Source: a virus (Duplodnaviria; Heunggongvirae; Uroviricota; Caudoviricetes). Taken from it: a stretch of 20,390 nucleotides of DNA. The notes below the pieces were generated by a model. It made no database searches. It was given only the letters and a program-made list of their open reading frames with translations, and was not told the origin of the DNA. The translations under genes were made by a program, and so were the position numbers. Positions 14,637-20,390 of the stretch are shown here, piece after piece (the first letter of the stretch is position 1; each line of letters begins with the position of its first letter). The stretch spans positions 1 to 20,390 of the IMG/VR virus record IMGVR_UViG_2579778982_000025; one strand, 5' to 3'.

Positions 14637-15290
14637 TTACGCGGCAGTAGTCAGAGCCTCAAGCTGGTTGATAATCCCCTGAATAACGTCGTCTGCCTTT
14701 TTGCGTGGCGCAACGTATGAGCACTCAATGAGGCTTAAGCCCTTATCCTGAGCTTTGCTCAGAGCTGGCTTGTGGGGAATGTACTTATCGACAACAAAGT
14801 ATGGCGTATTAGCCAGGTACTCTTGGGCTTCAATGTAGTCGGCTTCGTTTTCAGCCGCGCCTGAGAACACCATGCAAATTTTCTTGATTGGCACACCCTT
14901 TTTAACGATGCCATGAGCTGTGTTAACGGTGGTTTCCAGGTCATCGGTAGAGAATCTGGTTGGCAAAATAACCATATCCAGAAATTCAGAGAGCTTCGGT
15001 ACTGATTCAGATGCGTAGGCACCGCCATCGACGATAACCAGGTCGTATACTTCTGATTCGATGATTTTCTGGACTTGTGATGGTGTGCCGCACGGCTGCG
15101 CCGCGATTGCAGGTTCGATATTGTTGGCCATTCTGCGTTGTACCCAACGCGTTACCGTTCCGTTAAGCACATCCATATCGATCAGGCATACATTCCAGCC
15201 GGCCTTTGCATAAGCAACTGCTAAAGCACGGGCAATTGTTGATTTGGTTACGCCGCCTTTTCCGTTGAAAATACCTACAGAGATAGTCAT
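14637..15290 (-). CDS. parA: ParA-family partition ATPase (small type Ib, deviant Walker A)
   Basis: MTISVGIFNGKGGVTKSTIARALAVAYAKAGWNVCLIDMD... has the KGGxxK[ST] deviant Walker A at the N-terminus. 217 aa from ATG 15290; the ORF-track start 15305 adds 5 residues without an RBS. Confidence 0.75.
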   Translation of the reverse strand: MTISVGIFNGKGGVTKSTIARALAVAYAKAGWNVCLIDMDVLNGTVTRWVQRRMANNIEPAIAAQPCGTPSQVQKIIESEVYDLVIVDGGAYASESVPKLSEFLDMVILPTRFSTDDLETTVNTAHGIVKKGVPIKKICMVFSGAAENEADYIEAQEYLANTPYFVVDKYIPHKPALSKAQDKGLSLIECSYVAPRKKADDVIQGIINQLEALTTAA

Positions 15291-15305
15291 TTGTCGAGAC
15301 TCCAT

Positions 15306-15420
15306 GTGTTTGGTTATATAATTCTATAAATCTATATTTATAGAACGAGGTAAGCATAACCAACTTTTTGGCGGATGAAAAGTGTTTTATATAATTATAT
15401 AAATCTATAATCATATAAGC
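15306..15420. repeat. AT-rich palindromic repeat cluster upstream of parA (candidate centromere / partition operator)
   Basis: Two blocks, ttatataattctataaatctatatttataga (15314-15344) and ttttatataattatataaatctataatcatata (15385-15417), built from TATAAATCTATA and TATATAATTATA units. Confidence 0.45.
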
Positions 15421-15440
15421 GGGCGTTAGCCCGCTTGCAG

Positions 15441-15815
15441 TCAGAGGTCAGCTATCGTTGATATCAGTTGATTTGCTAGCTGTCGCTGTTTACGTGAGAG
15501 GGTTAGAGCAGCTTCTGAGCGGTCGCTAAGAGGGGTGTTTTCATCAAGAATCATGAGGCATACAGAAATAATAGCCCTGTTATATGCCATCAATGGCTGG
15601 CACAGCTTCGATACCGCTGGCACATCGTATTGTAAGGCCGTTTTGAGGCAGACTTTTTGTTCTGATGCCAGATGAAGGATAGATTCTATCCAGTCGATAT
15701 CTTTCTCATTATCAATGATTTGGCATAACATACACTCAATCGCTATGTTCAACGCTTGGATTTCGATTCCAGCAGTGATCAGAGTTTCGTTTTTATTGGC
15801 TGTATGTAATTCCAT
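15441..15815 (-). CDS. hypothetical protein encoded downstream of and co-oriented with the repressor gene
   Basis: 124-aa ORF with RBS AGAGG; no motif recognised. An operator-like palindrome lies just upstream. Confidence 0.5.
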   Translation of the reverse strand: MELHTANKNETLITAGIEIQALNIAIECMLCQIIDNEKDIDWIESILHLASEQKVCLKTALQYDVPAVSKLCQPLMAYNRAIISVCLMILDENTPLSDRSEAALTLSRKQRQLANQLISTIADL

Positions 15816-15851
15816 GCGTAGCCTCTTTTATACTTTTACATGTTGTCAAAA

Positions 15852-15864
15852 CCACAAAATGTGG
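15852..15864. promoter_or_regulatory. operator-like palindrome CCACA-AAA-TGTGG
   Basis: Perfect inverted repeat within aaaccacaaaatgtggttttttt, between the repressor gene and 15441..15815. Confidence 0.45.
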
Positions 15865-15907
15865 TTTTTTTGAGCGTAGAAATGCACGGCTTTCGCCGTG
15901 CTGTGTA

Positions 15908-16564
15908 TCATAACCAGTTGACAACACTAACTACGCGGCCAAGAACTTTATAACGCTTAAATTCCTCGTTATTCAGATGATTAGTGTTCATTTCAGCGTC
16001 CCTTTCGGTTGACAGCATAACAGCATTGTCACCCGGTATGACTCTACAGTGCCTCAAAACAACCAGGCCATTTCTGTCTTCAAGGGCATAGATCCCCTCA
16101 TGAATCTCTGTATCGTCTGTATCAATCAGGACTTGGGAGCCAGGGGATATTGTTGGTGACATTAACTCATCGTTGCTCTGGAGAACTGACAGAGACGATG
16201 GGTTGATGTTCTTGCTTCGTAGAATCTCCTGTTCTATCGCCAGCACTGGCTTTTCTCCGGCGTGCGATGCTATGTCATTTTTTATAGCTACAAGCCCAGG
16301 AATAACAGGAGCGTTAGTATTCTGGGGTGGGAACGGGTTATCTGTTAAGCACGCGATATAAGGCGCTGATGCTTTCAGGGCGTGCGCGATTTTCTTGATG
16401 GCAGGTATAGATGGTTGTCTTAATCCGGCCTCATAGTTCTGCAAGGTGCTTAAGCCTATTCCAGTGACTTGCTGGAGATCTCCGGCAGTCATGCCGGATT
16501 GTTTCCGTAGAGTCTGAATGCGCAGACCTATTTCTTTCTTGATGTTCTCGTCGTTGCTTTTCAT
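15908..16564 (-). CDS. CI/LexA-like phage repressor (N-terminal HTH, C-terminal S24 peptidase-like autocleavage domain)
   Basis: 218 aa. N-terminal HTH (LRKQSGMTAGDLQQVTGIGLSTLQNYEAG). C-terminal region with MSPTISPGSQVLIDT and KVLGRVVSVV resembles the Ser/Lys dyad regions of LexA and lambda CI. Divergent from a Cro-like gene, with operators between. Confidence 0.8.
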   Translation of the reverse strand: MKSNDENIKKEIGLRIQTLRKQSGMTAGDLQQVTGIGLSTLQNYEAGLRQPSIPAIKKIAHALKASAPYIACLTDNPFPPQNTNAPVIPGLVAIKNDIASHAGEKPVLAIEQEILRSKNINPSSLSVLQSNDELMSPTISPGSQVLIDTDDTEIHEGIYALEDRNGLVVLRHCRVIPGDNAVMLSTERDAEMNTNHLNNEEFKRYKVLGRVVSVVNWL

Positions 16565-16602
16565 GTCTCATCAATCGTGAATGGTGGGTTATTTATACAT
16601 TA

Positions 16603-16718
16603 CCACATTTAGTGGTTTTCACATGGTAAGACGAGAGGTGGACCACAAATAGAAGGTTATTTTTTGTTTCGCCCATTGAAAAACTCACGATATGTGGTTT
16701 TAATACCACATATCGTGG
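16603..16718. promoter_or_regulatory. immunity-region operators and PR-like promoter
   Basis: Operator-like sites CCACA-TTT-AGTGG (16603-16615), TCACG-ATA-TGTGG (16685-16697) and CCACA-TAT-CGTGG (16706-16718). The last two are inverted copies of each other, 21 bp centre to centre. They bracket a strong promoter TTGAAA (16676-16681) - 17 bp - TTTAAT (16699-16704) reading into the Cro-like gene. Confidence 0.6.
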
Positions 16719-16737
16719 TTTAACTGGAGTTCGTTAA

Positions 16738-17232
16738 ATGACCTTTCAGGAGTGGGTTGACGAAAATGGAGGCCAAATTGGTGTTGCCAGAAAGTTTGGC
16801 TTTACGTCATCACTGATTGGTGCCTGGTATCGCTTCGAGAGATTCCCTCGTGCGGATAACCTGACGCTGCTGGTGGCGTATTCGGAAGGCCGGATTAACG
16901 TCCAGCAATGGGCGGCAGATTTTGCCGAACGTCAGCGCCAGCGTAGCGATGGCACATCGGTTCGGCAGAACAAGATCAAAGGGAATCTCCCTGTTAACTG
17001 CTTATCAAGGCTGAAAGCGGTTTTCTCTGAGCTGGGGATGCCTGCGGAGCGTTGCAATCTACGCGGTCCGCGATTCATTGCTCGCTGGAAACACTCACAC
17101 GTAACCGTTTCAGAGGTTCGTGATGCGATTGCCGTGCTGGAGCTTAAGAATAAAGATTCCAGCGATATCGAGCTGATTCATAAGGAGATTAGCAACGCCC
17201 GGCGTTCAGCACTTGGGAGGCTTGAGGAATGA
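16738..17232 (+). CDS. Cro/YdaS-like HTH regulator with C-terminal extension
   Basis: N-terminus ...GGQIGVARKFGFTSSLIGAWYRFERFPRADNLTLLVAYSEGRINVQ resembles Cro/YdaS-type HTH proteins. RBS GGAG (16726-16729). First gene of the operon divergent from the repressor. Confidence 0.6.
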   Translation: MTFQEWVDENGGQIGVARKFGFTSSLIGAWYRFERFPRADNLTLLVAYSEGRINVQQWAADFAERQRQRSDGTSVRQNKIKGNLPVNCLSRLKAVFSELGMPAERCNLRGPRFIARWKHSHVTVSEVRDAIAVLELKNKDSSDIELIHKEISNARRSALGRLEE

Positions 17233-17744
17233 TGATTCTGGCCTTCTTTGGTGATAATCACCAGATTCAATCGCAGGTGGTGCACTACCTTGATCAAACT
17301 ATTAAAGGATTTGTTATCGATCATATTGATAACGATAGCAAACATCTATCTGTAGATCAGAAAATTGGACGTGTGCAGCGACTGGTTGCCTGCCGTAACA
17401 GACGTGACACCGTAACAGTCGTCACGGGGATAACGGAGGTCATGGAGTACCAGATGTTGCTGCATCGTGGAGCTGTTTTCTGCGTTCTTCCTGGCATTCT
17501 GCCAGCAATTCTTGCTCGTGGTTTTGTCCCTATTGATGAGTCGTTCTTATATGTAACCCCAAGCCGTTCCCTTCTGGATACGGAGGCGAAGCGTCGCATT
17601 TATATGATGCCGGACGAGGCATTTTCTGAATGTTACCGCCGTGAAATGAGGTTGGGTAAACGAGAAGTGTCTGTTGTTCGTGATGGCAGGTTTTTAAGAA
17701 GCCGCACGGTGAAAAGCACCAGAAATGACGGGGGCCATCAATGA
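17229..17744 (+). CDS. hypothetical early-operon protein
   Basis: 171-aa ORF; start overlaps the upstream stop (ATGA), indicating translational coupling. Confidence 0.5.
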   Translation: MMILAFFGDNHQIQSQVVHYLDQTIKGFVIDHIDNDSKHLSVDQKIGRVQRLVACRNRRDTVTVVTGITEVMEYQMLLHRGAVFCVLPGILPAILARGFVPIDESFLYVTPSRSLLDTEAKRRIYMMPDEAFSECYRREMRLGKREVSVVRDGRFLRSRTVKSTRNDGGHQ

Positions 17745-17974
17745 GTAGTTATGTTCGCGGTGCTGCGATGCATTGCCAGAATCCCCAATTCTGGCGCTTT
17801 CTGACCAGTAAAACAGGGAAGAACGTTTCAAACAGTTCTGAGGCCTCTGTGATTCTGCGTGAGTTTTGCGGGATCTCATCCCGTAAAGAGCTGGCAAAGA
17901 ACTACGCGGCCAGAAGCATGTATGTCCAGTTAATCAACGAGTTCAACCTCTTTATCAATGGTAAGGGGCGCTGA
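17741..17974 (+). CDS. hypothetical early-operon protein
   Basis: 77-aa ORF; ATGA overlap with the upstream gene. Confidence 0.45.
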   Translation: MSSYVRGAAMHCQNPQFWRFLTSKTGKNVSNSSEASVILREFCGISSRKELAKNYAARSMYVQLINEFNLFINGKGR

Positions 17975-18378
17975 TGAACGGACGTACACCAACGAAGAAA
18001 GAGAAACTTTATATACAAGCGGTGCTCACTCACGTGGGTTGCATAGCTTGCATTATTGATGGCCGTGAAATTGAGAATCCAGAACTGTGGACGGAGCTGC
18101 ATCACGATCCTGATTACGGCAGCGTTGATGAGAATTGCCACTTCCATAGCTTTGGGCTGTGCGCACCACATCATCGCGGTGTTGTGCCTGGTGGTGGGCG
18201 TGTGCCTCCGCATATTGCCGTTCGTCACCCTCCCCTGAGTAATTGTGCTCGCTTTGTTGAGCGTTATGGCACAGATGAATTTTTGTGTGCGCAGACGTGG
18301 GAGCTGTTGCCGCAGTCAGTTAAAGACGAAATTGGGTTTGATCTTAGTCTTGGTGAAGTACCAGGGGATACCAAATGA
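17974..18378 (+). CDS. Cys/His-rich putative zinc-binding nuclease-like protein (HNH / Ref-like)
   Basis: 134 aa with CIACIIDG ... HHDPDYG ... CHFHSFGLCAPHH pattern; start overlaps the upstream stop by 1 nt. Family is a guess from the metal-ligand pattern. Confidence 0.45.
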   Translation: MNGRTPTKKEKLYIQAVLTHVGCIACIIDGREIENPELWTELHHDPDYGSVDENCHFHSFGLCAPHHRGVVPGGGRVPPHIAVRHPPLSNCARFVERYGTDEFLCAQTWELLPQSVKDEIGFDLSLGEVPGDTK

Positions 18379-18707
18379 GATATACCGGCTTTCGCAAACC
18401 AGCGACTAGGAAAAGCAAATACGGCAATAAAAAAACGGTTGTCGATGATATCGCTTTTGATAGCAAAAAAGAGGCTGATTACTACTGCGAACTGAAGCTA
18501 CTGAGAAAAGCTGGCCGCGTTGTGACGTTTCTTATGCAGGTGCCTTTTCATCTGCCAGGTGGTGTCGTTTATAAACTTGATTTCATGGTGTTTTATGACG
18601 ATGGGACGATTGATTGTGTCGACACTAAAGGTGTGCGAACAGACGTCTACATCATGAAGAAAAAGCAGGTAGAGGCGCTTTATCCCGTCACGATACGGGA
18701 GATCTGA
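18375..18707 (+). CDS. DUF1064-like phage protein
   Basis: 110 aa, ...KYGNKKTVVDDIAFDSKKEADYYCELKLL...YKLDFMVFYDDGTIDCVDTKGVRTDVYIMKKK..., matching my recollection of the DUF1064 phage family. ATGA overlap with the upstream gene. Confidence 0.55.
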   Translation: MRYTGFRKPATRKSKYGNKKTVVDDIAFDSKKEADYYCELKLLRKAGRVVTFLMQVPFHLPGGVVYKLDFMVFYDDGTIDCVDTKGVRTDVYIMKKKQVEALYPVTIREI

Positions 18708-18710
18708 ACA

Positions 18711-19088
18711 GTGAGACGCGATCTGGATAGCTTGTTTGAGCTATGGGCGCTGTGGGTGCGCAATGGCTGCAACGCCCGTAGCGGTTTCGCGTCGATGTTA
18801 GAAATGATGATGGTTACGCGCTGCCAGTTTACCGGAGGAGGCGGCGCACCAAATGACTCACTGGAAACCAGTATCGAGGGAGCGGTGACGGCCCTCACGG
18901 TAGTTGATGAGACTGCGGCGCTGGTTGTCCGAATTGAATACGGGGCGTGGGAGATTCGGGGCCTCGACATAAATGCACCGCATATTGATAAAGCCCACGC
19001 CCTTTCTCTTAGTCTCAGACAGTATCGCCGGAAGCTGGCAAAAGCCAGGGCGTATGTTGTCGACTATTTGAAAAAGCGAAGAGAGTGA
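18711..19088 (+). CDS. possible Q-like antiterminator / late regulator (weak assignment)
   Basis: 125 aa, GTG start 3 nt after the upstream stop. N-terminus MRRDLDSLFELWALWVRNG... is reminiscent of short Q-homologues of lambdoid prophages. Last gene of the early operon, just upstream of a promoter cassette. Confidence 0.35.
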   Translation: MRRDLDSLFELWALWVRNGCNARSGFASMLEMMMVTRCQFTGGGGAPNDSLETSIEGAVTALTVVDETAALVVRIEYGAWEIRGLDINAPHIDKAHALSLSLRQYRRKLAKARAYVVDYLKKRRE

Positions 19089-19152
19089 AAGTGTCATTTT
19101 GAGCTGTTTTGATGGTGTGTAGACATCGGGAACATCGAAAATCTATAAATAT

Positions 19153-19252
19153 ATAATTATAGATTTATATAAAAAGTGCTTTACAGGTGGGAAAAAATTT
19201 CCTATGGTTATACCCGAAACCGAGCGATACTCGCCCTGGTTAAACCGGAGAA
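19153..19252 (+). promoter_or_regulatory. repeated promoter / 5'UTR cassette, copy 2
   Basis: About 95% identical to 9086..9186 (offset ~10,066-10,068 bp). TTTACA - 17 bp - TATGGT, shared leader, GGAG RBS. Confidence 0.5.
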
Positions 19253-19257
19253 ATCTG

Positions 19258-20325
19258 ATGAATAAACAAGTAATTATTTCTGACTGGATCAACAACCCTA
19301 ACAGCCTGTTAAGCACTGATACTGGCTACCTATTACGCCATGTTAATGGTCGTATGGTCAAAAGCGATGAGCACGAAACCTTTTTCTTTGTTGAAGACGA
19401 TGGGCGTATCTATGAGGATGGTTACTCTTATGAAGCCCAAACTGGTTGTATCCCTGCGGAGCTGGTGGACGTAACAGAAGATCTGCGCAAAGCATGGCTT
19501 GAACAGCAGCAGCGCGGAGATGATTACGTAAACACCTATCAGGAACGCCAGAACGCGCGTCTTGCCCGATATATTGCTCGTGCAGAAAAAGCCAGAAAAG
19601 AAGGTGCGGTAGCGCATAAGCGAGCGCATGACCTGTTGGATGTGATCCCGTTAGGCCAGCCGATTTTAGTTGACCATTATAGCGCGAAAGGCCATCGCCG
19701 CCGTTTGTCTAAAGCTGATGCGTTATTCAGAAAAGCGTTTGTTGAATGCGAAAGTAAAGCATCACACTACGAGAGCAAAGCCGCTGGTGTTGGTCGTAAT
19801 GGAATTTCGTCTGATGATCCTGATGCGCTATTTAAGTTGCTTCGTAAGCTGCAAGGCTGCATGAAGTCACACGTCAAAATGAAGGCCGCAAATAAGGCCA
19901 TTCGCAAATACAAAAAAGACCAATTACAGCAGCTTTCTGCATTAATCGATCTCAGGTTTACAGAAAGCGAAGCCAAAGAGTTACTGGCCGGAGATTTCTG
20001 TGGGCGCATCGGATTCCCTTCATACGCACTGAGCAACAATAACGCCGAAATCAAACGACTACAGAGCCGTATTAAGGAGCTTGAATCGGTCAAGTCTGTA
20101 ACAGGGGCACAGCGCGAAGAATACGACGGCTTTTCTATGGAGATAGATCCAGAGGATAACCGCATCCTGTTTTATTTCCCTGGCAAACCAGAGGCAAACA
20201 TTCGTTCGCTGCTTAAATCACGCGCCTTTAAGTGGAGTCCAACCCGTAATGCATGGGTTCGCAAGATTACTCCAAACGCCCTGGCTGATGCCCGATATCT
20301 AAAAGAATCGCTATTGAAAGCCTGA
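19258..20325 (+). CDS. DUF3560-like protein
   Basis: 355 aa from ATG 19258 (RBS GGAG); the ORF-track start 19204 lies in the shared leader. C-terminal half (...DDPDALFKLLRKLQGC...FPGKPEANIRSLLKSRAFKWSPTRNAWVRKIT) resembles DUF3560 proteins of plasmids and phages, from memory. Confidence 0.55.
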   Translation: MNKQVIISDWINNPNSLLSTDTGYLLRHVNGRMVKSDEHETFFFVEDDGRIYEDGYSYEAQTGCIPAELVDVTEDLRKAWLEQQQRGDDYVNTYQERQNARLARYIARAEKARKEGAVAHKRAHDLLDVIPLGQPILVDHYSAKGHRRRLSKADALFRKAFVECESKASHYESKAAGVGRNGISSDDPDALFKLLRKLQGCMKSHVKMKAANKAIRKYKKDQLQQLSALIDLRFTESEAKELLAGDFCGRIGFPSYALSNNNAEIKRLQSRIKELESVKSVTGAQREEYDGFSMEIDPEDNRILFYFPGKPEANIRSLLKSRAFKWSPTRNAWVRKITPNALADARYLKESLLKA

Positions 20326-20335
20326 CAGTAAGCCT

Positions 20336-20390
20336 ACGGCGGGACGTCTCCCGCCGTATATAGAATTATATATTTATATAAATATATAAG
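20336..20390. terminator. hairpin terminator followed by an AT-rich palindromic repeat block
   Basis: acggcggga-cgtc-tcccgccgt (20336-20357), then tatagaattatatatttatataaatatataag, the same repeat family as at 9081, 14607, 15314, 15385 and 19139. Confidence 0.45.

Noticed and set aside
14759-15028. Antisense ORFs inside parA, and similar antisense ORFs inside repA, the fibre genes and the antirepressor gene
   Set aside because: Each lies entirely within a well-supported gene on the opposite strand and has no motifs or RBS.
19204-19257. Upstream in-frame start for the DUF3560-like gene (MVIPETERYSPWLNRRNL...)
   Set aside because: The ATG at 19204 lies inside the -10 region of the repeated promoter cassette. 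The copy-1 cassette has no ATG there, and the RBS serves ATG 19258.
9081-20390. Possibility that the AT-rich repeats form a CRISPR array or plasmid iterons
   Set aside because: The repeats are irregularly spaced, occur as short inverted or direct units at dispersed loci, and have no uniform spacers. The replicon is antisense-RNA-controlled (IncFII-like), which does not use iterons.

Overview
This 20.4-kb window reads as a mosaic temperate phage or phage-plasmid region of enterobacterial type. All calls rest on reading the sequence and the ORF track by eye; no database search was run. Left to right: (1) the 3' end of a myovirus-type tail module (C-terminal part of a probable tape measure gene, then a P2 gpU-like tail gene); (2) a ~3.05-kb invertible tail-fibre host-range segment holding two convergent fibre C-terminal module plus Tfa chaperone pairs, bounded by 26-bp Gin/Hin-type crossover sites (1635-1660 and 4685-4710) and, unusually, flanked on both sides by outward-facing serine invertase genes, with the constant N-terminal fibre region absent; (3) an IncFII-like plasmid replicon (CopA-like antisense RNA hairpins, repA, DnaA box plus AT-rich origin); (4) a HigB/HigA-like toxin-antitoxin pair; (5) accessory genes including an antirepressor-like protein, HTH regulators and a two-TM membrane protein; (6) a type Ib partition cassette (ParA-like ATPase plus ParG-like RHH protein); (7) a CI/LexA-like repressor divergent from a Cro-like early operon that ends in a possible Q-like antiterminator; (8) a DUF3560-like gene. 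Three sets of short repeats recur across the window: a CCAC(A/G)-N3-(C/T)GTGG palindrome (7 sites), AT-rich TATAAATCTATA / TATATAATTATATA palindromes (6 sites), and a ~100-bp near-identical promoter/5'UTR cassette (2 copies ~10 kb apart). No rRNA, tRNA or CRISPR array was seen. The most unusual feature is the orphan invertible fibre segment with two invertases, joined directly to a plasmid replicon that carries a phage-operator-like palindrome.
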